This document shows, one piece after another, positions 21,451 to 30,413 of a DNA stretch of 64,000 nucleotides. Each line of letters begins with the position of its first letter. Position 1 is the first letter of the stretch. The stretch comes from an uncultured delta proteobacterium (GTDB lineage Bacteria > Desulfobacterota > WTBG01 > CAIYCZ01). Made by a program: the position numbers and the translations under genes. The DNA lies in NCBI GenBank assembly GCA_963803975.1, contig CAWDOY010000025.1, positions 91,106 through 155,105 of the forward strand. Direction: 5' to 3'. The notes beneath the pieces were generated by a model. The model made no database searches, was not told the DNA's origin, and worked only from the letters and a program-made list of their open reading frames with translations.

Positions 21451-23325
21451 TTAAACCATGATCGCGTGGCCGCAATCCGGCTGCAGTTGCTCCCTGGGTC
21501 GAAGCAAGAGCGGCTGGATCAGGAGGCGGATCTGTTCTTGAGCGTCTGCCAACGTCCCAACAACATGAGTTGCTGCGCCGCAACCGATGCGTTCTTTCGC
21601 CTTGTTCAGGTCGCCTTGAACGTTCCACAATCCCACGATCAGATGCGCTTCCGGAAAACGACCACGAAGACGCTTGCACAGGTACCGAGCATGCGTCGCG
21701 GCGGCGGGAGGCATGGCGGAAATACAAACCACATCGGCTTTACGCTGTTCGACAAGGTCAACCATCTCGCTGACCAGAGCCGTCACCGAGACGGCTTGCA
21801 CAAGGCATCCCGTCATCTCCAATACTTGCGCGAGCATCATTCCAGCGATTTCATCCGCCGCGTCGCGAGCGGGCAGGCAGAGGATGCAAAGCCTTGATGA
21901 GTCAGTCGCATTAACGAGACTGGAATCTGCGCATATCTTACGTGTATCATTCTTATCTTCTTGTAACTTCAATTCCTGCTGGCGCTCACCCAACTCTTCA
22001 ACCGTCTCCTTCAGGCTCTGGAACATGAACTTGTGCCTATCCTCGTTGAGGTCGCCGCGATGCCAATGCGTCTCGGCCATGGCCAGTGCCGGGATGAGCA
22101 CCGTGTCGTAGACTTCGACGAGGGGCCGGTGTTCAAGGTCATCCAGGACCAATTCGGCCGCCTCTTCCTGATCTCCCGCCAAAAGCCGCTGATAGACGCG
22201 CGTCTTCAGGTCAAAGACCGGTTCATTGCCCAGCAGCGTGTCCAGGAAGGACAGTTGCGGAACGTGCTTGCCGATCACCAGAAGGCACAGGGTCAACGGG
22301 GTCGCGACGAGCAGCCCTATAGGTCCCCATAACCAGGTCCAGAAGACAGCGGCTACCAGGATGGCCGTGGATGACATACCGGTGTTCTTGCCAAATATCC
22401 ATGGCTCCATGACGTTGGCGACGAAAAGCTCCAGAACCACAAACAGCCCCAACGTCAGGAGAAGCGTTACCCAGCCCGTAGAGATGGCCATGGCCAGGCC
22501 GAGCGGCGCTGCCGCAGCGCTCCACGCGCCGATGTATGGAATAAACCTCAAGGCAGTGGCCAGGATCCCCCACAGGATGGCGCTGGGCAAGCCGATGAAG
22601 TAAAGCCCGATGGCGATCGAAAGGCCGAAAGTGATATTGATTAACAATTGCGTCAGGAGAAAGCGGCTGACCCGCGTAATGGCGTCTTCCAGTGTCTGCG
22701 TGGTCACGGTCACTTGACCTCCCCCAATCAGGCGAATGAAGCGATCGCGCAAGTCCTCACGCCGGATCAGGAAAAACACCACCAGCACGATGACGATGCC
22801 GGTCGAGCACATCACCACGAACATCGAGCCGAACGTGCCTCCAATAACTTGCAGGGGGCTCGGTGGCGAGAGGACCACGCGAACCGGCTGGGGCTTTTCC
22901 TCGCGTCCCTGTGGCTCGTCGGCCGGCTCTGATGGCGGCACACTCTGGCCAATGTCTTCGGCTGTTGTTCTGACCTTGTTCAGCGCGGCCCTGAAATAGT
23001 CGTTGACCGAATGCAGCTTCGTTTGAATGTTCCTCTGGTATGCGGGTATTCTTGGGGCCAAGTCGATCATTTGAACCGTTATTGCCCATGCGCCTGTGCC
23101 CAGCAGCGTGAAAGCCAGAACAGCCGTAACCAACACGGACGGGATTCGACCCAATTTCCGCCGCTCCAACCAGCCACACACGGGAGCCAGAAGAAAGCTC
23201 AGCAGCACGGCCAGCGTCAATGGAATCAGAACGCCCCTGGCCAGGTAAAGAGCCGCCACCACGCCGGCGAGCGACGCCAGCGTCAACATCCACGACGACT
23301 TAATGAAATGGTCCGAGCTGCTCAT
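21451..23325 (-). CDS. AI-2E family transporter with C-terminal cytoplasmic domains
   Basis: Multiple TM helices, LRFIPYIG, FWTWLWGPIGLLVATPLT; C-terminal B12-binding-like Rossmann region. Confidence 0.85.
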   Translation of the reverse strand: MSSSDHFIKSSWMLTLASLAGVVAALYLARGVLIPLTLAVLLSFLLAPVCGWLERRKLGRIPSVLVTAVLAFTLLGTGAWAITVQMIDLAPRIPAYQRNIQTKLHSVNDYFRAALNKVRTTAEDIGQSVPPSEPADEPQGREEKPQPVRVVLSPPSPLQVIGGTFGSMFVVMCSTGIVIVLVVFFLIRREDLRDRFIRLIGGGQVTVTTQTLEDAITRVSRFLLTQLLINITFGLSIAIGLYFIGLPSAILWGILATALRFIPYIGAWSAAAAPLGLAMAISTGWVTLLLTLGLFVVLELFVANVMEPWIFGKNTGMSSTAILVAAVFWTWLWGPIGLLVATPLTLCLLVIGKHVPQLSFLDTLLGNEPVFDLKTRVYQRLLAGDQEEAAELVLDDLEHRPLVEVYDTVLIPALAMAETHWHRGDLNEDRHKFMFQSLKETVEELGERQQELKLQEDKNDTRKICADSSLVNATDSSRLCILCLPARDAADEIAGMMLAQVLEMTGCLVQAVSVTALVSEMVDLVEQRKADVVCISAMPPAAATHARYLCKRLRGRFPEAHLIVGLWNVQGDLNKAKERIGCGAATHVVGTLADAQEQIRLLIQPLLLRPREQLQPDCGHAIMV

Positions 23326-23583
23326 GCGGTTCTCTAATAAATCGGGATAGTTATTTATTTTGCTTCTCCTCAAACTGTGAATAAACTATTTGGGTGATTA
23401 TGTATCGTTATTGTTCATTCGTATTATATCCTGACGAGTTTTTCTGCTTTTCCCTACCTTCGTTTAGCGCCAGCACCTTTGCCGCCACCAGGCCCGATAC
23501 CCATATTGCACCCCGGAGGCAACTGAGCAATTTGTCCGGCTTTTCCTGATTTTTTCGATTGCTTTTTCCAGTAACAGAACGGA

Positions 23584-23853
23584 TTAACGGAAAAACGCCA
23601 GAGCAATGTCGGAGAGCGCGTTGACCACGGGTTGGGCAAACCGGCCGATACGCGAGCGACGAGAGCTTACACCAAAGAGAAACCCCAGTCCTGCTCCTAT
23701 CCCTAATGAGATAAGAATTGTCTTGCCCGGATTTTCGCTGCTAAAACTCTTGGCCTGCGCATACGTTTCGCTTACCGCCTGGGCTGTTTTATCATAAACT
23801 TCATTTACCGTTTCCTGCTTGGGGGTCTCGTTTTCGTTGTGTTCGACATCCAT
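23584..23853 (-). CDS. DUF883/ElaB-like tail-anchored protein
   Basis: ENPGKTILISLGIGAGLGFLFG. Confidence 0.65.
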   Translation of the reverse strand: MDVEHNENETPKQETVNEVYDKTAQAVSETYAQAKSFSSENPGKTILISLGIGAGLGFLFGVSSRRSRIGRFAQPVVNALSDIALAFFR

Positions 23854-23903
23854 GGTATCCTCCTAAGAAAGATTAAACGTTATTTCTTATTTTTAATAAC
23901 TTT

Positions 23904-24377
23904 TTACGTATCCACTCTCGGGCTACTGGTTGAACCACGTCCTGTCTGCGGTCGTGGCCCGAGGCCATTGCTTGCCATAGCTGTCGAGGTTGCGTTCTTT
24001 ATCCAGCTGGCGGCAGCCTTCGTGGCAATAGCCAGCAGGGTCAACTTGATTAGGCCGGGTCCAGTGGCTCCGGCAAGGCCACCGAGTGAGTCGTGAACTT
24101 CCTCGGCAATGGAACTCATGATTCGCTCCATGGGAGTAGCGCGTGTTATGAACATCCATGAGGCAAGATAGCCAATGCCGGCGGCAGCCCCCAGCGCCCA
24201 GTATGGAGAGTCCTTCACATATTCACGCCAATCCAGTTTCTCCTTGATACGATCGCCGATTTGCTCGACGGTCTGGGAAATGTTCTCTTCTCCTTTAGCT
24301 ATATCCTCACGTATATCTTCGGCACTGCGCTCGGCATCCGCCTCCTTTGTGTTATTTATATACTCTCTTTCAGCCAT
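23904..24377 (-). CDS. DUF3618-like protein
   Basis: SAEDIREDI..ISQTVEQIGDR..DWREYVKDSPY. Confidence 0.65.
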   Translation of the reverse strand: MAEREYINNTKEADAERSAEDIREDIAKGEENISQTVEQIGDRIKEKLDWREYVKDSPYWALGAAAGIGYLASWMFITRATPMERIMSSIAEEVHDSLGGLAGATGPGLIKLTLLAIATKAAASWIKNATSTAMASNGLGPRPQTGRGSTSSPRVDT

Positions 24378-24412
24378 TCCTTGTCCTCCTTTTCAACTGT
24401 TTGAATTGTCTT

Positions 24413-24769
24413 CTATGTTTTAAGGATCGATTTCTTCAATTGCTTGTAGCCGATGAAAACAATGACGAGACCGATTAAAGCAAGCGCCGCTCCAGTAACA
24501 AGCGCCGCAATGACGGGGGCCATATAAGCAGTGAGTCCGATGATCAATGCAGCGCAAAGAGACATGAATGCGGCAAAACTGATGACCGCTCCTGTCGCGA
24601 CGGTTAAGACTCCGCTGCGAACAGCCCTCACCTTTTCGCGAATTCCCTGGACCACGAGCTCAATTTCGTCGCGAAACATCGCGGTTGCGTTGTTGACAAG
24701 CTGTCCCAACAGTTCAGTGAAGGATTCGCGTTGTGTTGCAGGGTCCTTGTTTACCACGTTGTTGTTCAT
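24413..24769 (-). CDS. Holin-like (YqjE/Phage_holin_3_6) membrane protein
   Basis: SFTELLGQL..FRDEIEL then two TM helices; sits between DUF883 and DUF3618 genes. Confidence 0.75.
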   Translation of the reverse strand: MNNNVVNKDPATQRESFTELLGQLVNNATAMFRDEIELVVQGIREKVRAVRSGVLTVATGAVISFAAFMSLCAALIIGLTAYMAPVIAALVTGAALALIGLVIVFIGYKQLKKSILKT

Positions 24770-24786
24770 TGGGAAAAACCGCCTCC

Positions 24787-25140
24787 TTACCGGCGTCGCA
24801 CAAGAGCTCCGATAATCAGGCCGACCCCTCCTGTTATCAAGAGGCTGCGCCCCGGGTTCTGCCTGACGTATTCTCGTACCCTGGCATCTGCCTGCTCATA
24901 GTCGAACTGCCGAACGTACGTGGCTGATTGGTCCAACCACTCGGATGCCTGCTTTCCGTACTGAGCTATGCTGGATTGCGCGTCCTGATCTGCCGCTTTT
25001 TCGCCTAAAGCCTCAGCAACAGTATGCAACTTATCAGCAATAATATTTTTGACATTATCGAAGCCGGTTGACTTACCCGAACCTTGAGACTCTGCCGCGG
25101 GTTCTCCCGTTTCATCAACTACCCGATTGTTTATTCCCAT
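24787..25140 (-). CDS. DUF883/YqjD-like protein
   Basis: YVRQNPGRSLLITGGVGLIIGALVRRR C-terminus. Confidence 0.75.
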   Translation of the reverse strand: MGINNRVVDETGEPAAESQGSGKSTGFDNVKNIIADKLHTVAEALGEKAADQDAQSSIAQYGKQASEWLDQSATYVRQFDYEQADARVREYVRQNPGRSLLITGGVGLIIGALVRRR

Positions 25141-25185
25141 AGTTCACCTCATAAAAAGTTAAAGGGCGATGCTTGCAAAGCGACC

Positions 25186-25267
25186 TCATGTTTTAAGGAA
25201 TGCCAGCAGGTCGGCGTTGAGCTGGTCTTTGTGCGTGTCCGCGAGGCCGTGGGGTGCGCCCGCGTAG
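25186..25267 (-). pseudogene. 3' remnant of a non-heme haloperoxidase-like alpha/beta hydrolase
   Basis: Reads [26 protein letters not shown]. Confidence 0.7.
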
Positions 25268-25356
25268 GGGTTGCTTGCCCTCTTTGTCCCGTATTCCGAG
25301 CTCTTGTTATATCAACTCTTTGCTGATCATTAGCCTACCCCCCGCTGTGGATCGAC

Positions 25357-25569
25357 TCAGGTGCACCCACGCAGGAAAAATAGCACCAATAAGATCGGGA
25401 CCGGAACTCCCAATGCCCAAAGTAAAATCCACCCCACTTTCCCTTTTTCTGTTTTGGGGCGCCCTTTACTTTCTTTTTGTTCGCCCGACCCGCGATCATG
25501 GGACTTGCCGCGTGCCCTCTGCTGAGAATCCCATGCCTTCAGTAGTTCTTTTTCTTGTTGTTTTGTCAT
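25357..25569 (-). CDS. Small membrane protein
   Basis: C-terminal GWILLWALGVPVPILLVLFFLRGCT; start uncertain. Confidence 0.55.
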   Translation of the reverse strand: MTKQQEKELLKAWDSQQRARGKSHDRGSGEQKESKGRPKTEKGKVGWILLWALGVPVPILLVLFFLRGCT

Positions 25570-25606
25570 GATGCTTCTTCTTTATGATGATTTCAAAAAA
25601 ATCCTT

Positions 25607-25786
25607 CTACTTGCCCACCACTTTCTTTACCTGGCCTATCTTTTCCTGAACTTTACCGCCTAAATTTTCTCCCTTGCCTTCGGCTTCCAGATCGCGATTC
25701 CCGGCTATTTTCCCGACGACCTCCTTTATCTTACCTTTTGCCTGGTGCATCTTGCCTTCTGCGTTGTCTTGTGTGCTTGATTTCAT
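25607..25786 (-). CDS. csbD: CsbD family general stress protein (not in ORF track)
   Basis: MKSSTQDNAEGKMHQAKGKIKEVVGKIAGNRDLEAEGKGENLGGKVQEKIGQVKKVVGK; AGGAG RBS. Confidence 0.9.
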   Translation of the reverse strand: MKSSTQDNAEGKMHQAKGKIKEVVGKIAGNRDLEAEGKGENLGGKVQEKIGQVKKVVGK

Positions 25787-25992
25787 GGTATTTCTCCTGT
25801 TTGATTCTGGTTTGAGTCTTTTTTATCTATTTCTTTTTTTTCATGGGATCTTTGCCAGGTTTACTTTTAAACCGCTCCATCATCATCTGCCTGCCTTGAT
25901 CGCCGTCTCATATCTTCTATCTTGTCCTGCTTTCGATTTTGCATCATGCAGCTATAAAACACTGTCAGGTCGCTCTCAACATTGAACACGCG

Positions 25993-26442
25993 TCACCTCT
26001 TTACCACTAGAACCGGGATTTTGGTATCTTCGTGGATCACACCATAGGTAACACTGCCAAGGATCGCAGCTGCTAAAGCGCTTTGTCCATGGGAACCCAT
26101 AACAATAAGGTCTACCTTTGACTTCTTGGCCTCTTTCACAATCTCCGCAACAGGGTGTCCTGGTTTTATAACAGCCTTCGATTGAACATTTTTTGTTTCA
26201 CACAGTTTCGTTATTTCTCCAGCATACCCTTCAGCAGCCTCTCGCAGATAATCCTCGATAGGTTCTATTACATGCTTTGCCGTCTGCGCGGCAGGAACTG
26301 TCTGGCCCATAAATGAGCGTTGATCAATAACGCTCAGAACAATTACCGAAGCTTTCAACTGTTTTGCAAGATCAACCCCATACCTTGCTGCCTTTTGCGC
26401 TGTCTTTGACCCGTCTGTCAGCACAAGAACCTTTGAAATCAT
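25993..26442 (-). CDS. Universal stress protein
   Basis: KVLVLTDGS, DLIVMGSHG..ILGSV..PVLVV. Confidence 0.92.
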   Translation of the reverse strand: MISKVLVLTDGSKTAQKAARYGVDLAKQLKASVIVLSVIDQRSFMGQTVPAAQTAKHVIEPIEDYLREAAEGYAGEITKLCETKNVQSKAVIKPGHPVAEIVKEAKKSKVDLIVMGSHGQSALAAAILGSVTYGVIHEDTKIPVLVVKR

Positions 26443-26496
26443 GATCACTCCTTTAAAATCTCCAAATTTAATCTGCAAACAATTTGACTCGTGGCC

Positions 26497-27174
26497 TCAT
26501 GAAGGACATTTTTCCGGCGGTTCTTCGCAATAATTTCTTGTATCTATTCCCCCCCCAAACAAACGCTGTCTTCCACATGACGCGCTAAGGGGTATTGACA
26601 GCATACTCACTATTTCCTGCTTGGTGAGCGGAAGGTATATATTGACCTCCGTAGCTTGTCCCAGCCGTCTCTCTATTTTCATGCTCCCCTGATGCTGTTT
26701 GATAACGCGGTAACCTATCGGGAGAGCCGGACCCTTGCCCTGATTACCGGTTATATAGAATGTCTCAAATATTTTATCTTTAATCTTCTCATCAATAACT
26801 ACGCCTCTATCTGCAAGGGAAATGAATGCGCATGCACCTACCATAGAATCGTCCCCATCGAGAAGAGATTCGATTTCAAAATTGACCTGGTTGATATTCA
26901 GTGAAAATTTGCCGCTGCCGGGCATTGCATCCATTGCATTCTTTAAAAGGTGTGTCACTGCTTCTTTCATAAGGGCCATGTCTGCCATGATCCTCAGGTT
27001 TTTTTCTAAAAGTGTTATTGTTATGTCAATATCCCGGTCAACATACTGTGGCAACAAACCCCCCACCATTCTCGTAATCTCGTTGAGATCCGTCTCCTTC
27101 AACCGCTGTTTCTCGTCAAGGCTGAAAGCGGGGAGGATTTTAATTTGGGGTTGTTTTTGATAACTCGCTATCAT
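26497..27174 (-). CDS. Stand-alone degenerate HATPase_c domain protein
   Basis: HLLKNAMDAM N-box, DRGVVI, KIFETFY, GKGPAL; no HisKA H-box. Confidence 0.65.
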   Translation of the reverse strand: MIASYQKQPQIKILPAFSLDEKQRLKETDLNEITRMVGGLLPQYVDRDIDITITLLEKNLRIMADMALMKEAVTHLLKNAMDAMPGSGKFSLNINQVNFEIESLLDGDDSMVGACAFISLADRGVVIDEKIKDKIFETFYITGNQGKGPALPIGYRVIKQHQGSMKIERRLGQATEVNIYLPLTKQEIVSMLSIPLSASCGRQRLFGGGIDTRNYCEEPPEKCPS

Positions 27175-27392
27175 TTCACACCTCCAAAGCTATTTAGTTG
27201 GACTCGTTGAATAAGCAAGCCTGCCCCGCAGTCCTTCAAGAGCTTCAGCACTGCCGGAGTAAGCAAATACTCCTCGTCCGTTGGCACCTGCTCTGAAACC
27301 GCTTCAATAAGATCATACAGGGTTGTTGCGACATGAACTGATGGTCTTTGCTTTTGCCGGTACTCCAGAAAGTTACTCGTAACTGTCAGCAT
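27171..27392 (-). CDS. Small hypothetical protein
   Basis: GGAGG RBS; 4-bp overlap with the next gene. Confidence 0.6.
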   Translation of the reverse strand: MLTVTSNFLEYRQKQRPSVHVATTLYDLIEAVSEQVPTDEEYLLTPAVLKLLKDCGAGLLIQRVQLNSFGGVK

Positions 27393-27525
27393 TTTTCCTC
27401 CCTTTAATCCGGGCTACGGTAAGTAATCCGGAAGCTTTTACAGCAAATTTACTGCTATTGTCATGAACATTCATATACGTATTTTGCAGGAGCACTGGGT
27501 ACAACTCTCATGATCTATTCGATGA

Positions 27526-27783
27526 TTATTCAATGTTCCCCGCATACCCCTGGAACATCACGTGAGCATTCTGCATAACCTGGGTTATTGGAACAATCCT
27601 GCCGTCCTCAACAATGACGGGCAAAGGCCCTTTTCCATATAAACGTATCAGTTCATTAAATCCCGCTTCATTTTTGCCGACATCCACCTCTCTGTAGTCA
27701 ATGCCTTTTTCATTAAAATACTGTTTTATAACGCTGCAGTAGGTATCTGGGGACGTCGTATAAATTTCTCTTTTTCTGCACAT
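27526..27783 (-). CDS. Glutaredoxin-like protein lacking CxxC
   Basis: IYTTSPDTYC..KGIDYREVDV..LPVIVEDG. Confidence 0.7.
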   Translation of the reverse strand: MCRKREIYTTSPDTYCSVIKQYFNEKGIDYREVDVGKNEAGFNELIRLYGKGPLPVIVEDGRIVPITQVMQNAHVMFQGYAGNIE

Positions 27784-27870
27784 ATCACTCTCCCTTGAAA
27801 AAGCCTCAGTCAGCAAAAAAACTGAAGGGAACGTTTAGAATTGGGTTGTTCGATTGAATAAATTTTAGCT

Positions 27871-28236
27871 TTAAATATCCCCATTGTCTGTCAGGAAAGT
27901 TTGACACTTTGTGTAGGGAATGTTTGATTGATTAAGCTCCTCCATTCCCGCCGGGTGGAAAACGGTGTGGAACATCATTTCATAGGGCTCTTGGAGAAGG
28001 TTCATCGCCCCCCGAAGTACCTTGAAACGCCCTGACTTCAGGTGGCTCTTAAGGTTCTCCTGGGTATCCCATTCCTCAAGAAGACAGAGTTCATTTTCAT
28101 CCTCCATACTCTGGCAAAAGTCGCAGCGCCGGCATCCCTTCTCCGTCCTTATGGAGCCGATCAGTGAAGCAATCGTCTGTGACAGCTCCATGCGCTTCTC
28201 AGAAAGAACCTTCATTCGTATGATGACCAGGATCAT
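27871..28236 (-). CDS. ABM family protein, copy B
   Basis: MILVIIRMKV..IRTEKGC..LLEEWDTQENLKSHLKS. Confidence 0.82.
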   Translation of the reverse strand: MILVIIRMKVLSEKRMELSQTIASLIGSIRTEKGCRRCDFCQSMEDENELCLLEEWDTQENLKSHLKSGRFKVLRGAMNLLQEPYEMMFHTVFHPAGMEELNQSNIPYTKCQTFLTDNGDI

Positions 28237-28248
28237 GAAGACGGTAAT

Positions 28249-28265
28249 TGCAAATGGTCTGCCAA
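28249..28265 (-). promoter_or_regulatory. sigma54 -24/-12 promoter, copy B
   Basis: TTGGCAGACCATTTGCA, immediately downstream of a sigma54 activator gene. Confidence 0.78.
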
Positions 28266-28364
28266 CAACCGTGAAAAAATCAGAAGTTTTGAATCATCCT
28301 TTAATAACAGGGGGTTAGATTGAATAGAAGAGAACAGCAGAGAAGTATGAAATGATCTGTTTGG

Positions 28365-28398
28365 CCTCAATATTTGGTGGAACCTCAACATATTGAGG
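28365..28398. promoter_or_regulatory. Tandem 16-bp palindromes, candidate upstream activator sequences
   Basis: CCTCAATATTTGGTGG and CCTCAACATATTGAGG; copy A 21298-21331 has CCACTATATTTAGTGG and CCTCAGCATATTGAGG. Confidence 0.55.
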
Positions 28399-28423
28399 GA
28401 TACTTTGAAGGGAGGCGGACAGT

Positions 28424-30403
28424 CTAATCTGGTTCTTTTGTCTCCGGCCGGACTATCCCGAGCTTATGCATCCTCGCTCTCAAGGTGCTCGGGTGGAGGC
28501 CCAGGATCGCTGCGGCCCCGTCCTTTCCCTCGATGCGCCATCGGGTTTCCGAAAGGATTTTAAGAATTTGGTTTCGCTCCGTCTCTTCCAGGGTTCTCAC
28601 GGCGGATGAAAGCGGGGGGGATGAAATCTCCAGTTTATCTGCCAGCTGCAAAACCGGCCCGGGGCACAAGATCACGGCCCGTTCAATGATGCTTTCCAGC
28701 TCCCGGACGTTCCCGGGCCACGGATAATCCTGCAGCGCCTTCATCGTCTCCTTCTGGATCGACGTGATCTGTTTGCCCAATTTCCTGGAATACCGCTCTA
28801 TGAAGGCCTGGACCATCAGCGGGATGTCTTCTTTCCGCTGCCGTAGTGGCGGGACAGTGATGGGGAAGACGTTGAGCCGATAGTAAAGGTCCTGCCGAAA
28901 CCGGCCCTTGCGGACCTCTTCCTCAAGGTTTCGATTGGTCGTTGCCACGATCCGCACATCGACTTTGATGGTATGGGACGAGCCCAGGCGCTCAAACTCG
29001 TTATGCTGGATCACCCGGAGCAGCTTGGCCTGCATCTCCAGCGGCAGCTCCCCGATCTCGTCCAGGCAAAGGGTGGAACCATTGGCGATCTCGAACCGGC
29101 CTATCTGCCGGGTATCGGCCCCGGTAAATGCCCCCTTCTCCCGGCCGAACAATTCGCTCTCGATCAAATTGCCCGGCAGGGCAGCACAGTTGACGGTGAT
29201 CAGCGGCCGATCCTTGCGGGGACTCATGTTGTGGATGGCGGCAGCGATCAGCTCCTTTCCCGTACCGGTCTCACCGAGGATGAGGACCGTTGTGTTCGCA
29301 GGAGCAACCTGCTCCGCTCGATAGAGAACATACTTGAGACCATCACTTTGCCCGATAATATGCTCAAATTGATGTTTCATTTTGATCTCTTGACGGAAGT
29401 AAATATTCTCGGCCTCGAGTTGGTCTTTCATTGTTTTGATTTCAGAAAGAGCCGTCCGAAGTTCGACAGCTTGTCGTTCCAGTTCGTTGTGAGATTTTTG
29501 TAAAGCCTCTGCTGTAAGTTTCCGTTCAGTGATATCGCGGATGTTACACTGAATCACTTTATGATGATTAACCAGATAGACATTACTGACAAATTCCACG
29601 GCAATTGTCCGCCCGTCTTTCGTCTCCAGCGGTAAATCATGGTAGCGAACATATCCTTTGCTCTTCAATTCCGAAGAGGTGGCTTTCGATGCTTCAATAT
29701 CTCTAAAGGTGCCAATTTCCCAGAGTTTCTTCCCTAAGAGCTCCTCATGTGAATAACCCAACATTTCTACCAAGAATGGGTTAACATCCGCTATTTGTCC
29801 TGTCTCGGCATCGAGGATTAATATTCCATCTTGGGCTGCTTCAAAGAGACGGCGGTAGCGAGTTTCAGAATTCTTTAGCGCCTCCTCCATCTTCTTGCGC
29901 TCGGTGATGTCCACCATTACGGCGCACACCGCACCGGGCATATCCGTGTGCTGAAGGGCACTTATGGAAAGTAAGACAGGTACGGAATTTTCACCTCCGG
30001 TCTGTAAGGCCAGTTCCCCCTTACTGTTCCCCTTTAAACCCTGCTCAACCAATGCCTCAAATAATTGAAGGTCTGTTGATGAAATGTATTGGTAGATTGA
30101 AGATCCTATTACTTTTTCCAGAGACTCTTTGACGATATCTGCAAAACGTTGGTTACAGAAAAGGATCGTGCCGTCGGAGGCCAGGGTGACGGCCCCTTCG
30201 TTCATGGTTTCGACCATGACCCTGTAAGGATGATCGGCGCCCGATAGGGTAAAGACCCGATCTCCTTCCGCCGTTGAGACAACCAGACCATCCACCTCAC
30301 CGCTTCGGATAGCGCGCAGCGTTTCCTCGGCTTCCATCATCCGCGATGTGAGTTCCTGCAACTCATCCAAAAGTTGCTGGCGTGTTCTATCCGATTTGTT
30401 CAT
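28424..30403 (-). CDS. PAS-PAS sigma54-dependent transcriptional activator (FhlA/HyfR-like AAA+ and HTH)
   Basis: Two PAS domains, [51 protein letters not shown]; no REC domain. Confidence 0.95.
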   Translation of the reverse strand: MNKSDRTRQQLLDELQELTSRMMEAEETLRAIRSGEVDGLVVSTAEGDRVFTLSGADHPYRVMVETMNEGAVTLASDGTILFCNQRFADIVKESLEKVIGSSIYQYISSTDLQLFEALVEQGLKGNSKGELALQTGGENSVPVLLSISALQHTDMPGAVCAVMVDITERKKMEEALKNSETRYRRLFEAAQDGILILDAETGQIADVNPFLVEMLGYSHEELLGKKLWEIGTFRDIEASKATSSELKSKGYVRYHDLPLETKDGRTIAVEFVSNVYLVNHHKVIQCNIRDITERKLTAEALQKSHNELERQAVELRTALSEIKTMKDQLEAENIYFRQEIKMKHQFEHIIGQSDGLKYVLYRAEQVAPANTTVLILGETGTGKELIAAAIHNMSPRKDRPLITVNCAALPGNLIESELFGREKGAFTGADTRQIGRFEIANGSTLCLDEIGELPLEMQAKLLRVIQHNEFERLGSSHTIKVDVRIVATTNRNLEEEVRKGRFRQDLYYRLNVFPITVPPLRQRKEDIPLMVQAFIERYSRKLGKQITSIQKETMKALQDYPWPGNVRELESIIERAVILCPGPVLQLADKLEISSPPLSSAVRTLEETERNQILKILSETRWRIEGKDGAAAILGLHPSTLRARMHKLGIVRPETKEPD

Positions 30404-30413
30404 TGATTCGTAC

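Larger units (their letters stand above)
27764..28447. repeat. About 680-bp direct repeat, copy B (probable original)
   Basis: Matches 20702-21380; here both flanking genes are complete. Confidence 0.95.

Noticed and set aside
24413..24769. Holin plus SleB hydrolase as a prophage lysis module
   Set aside because: The holin-like gene is in the usual DUF883/DUF3618 stress context, SleB is 9 kb away, and there are no phage structural genes.
27526..27783. Selenoprotein glutaredoxin
   Set aside because: No in-frame TGA at the active site or C-terminus.
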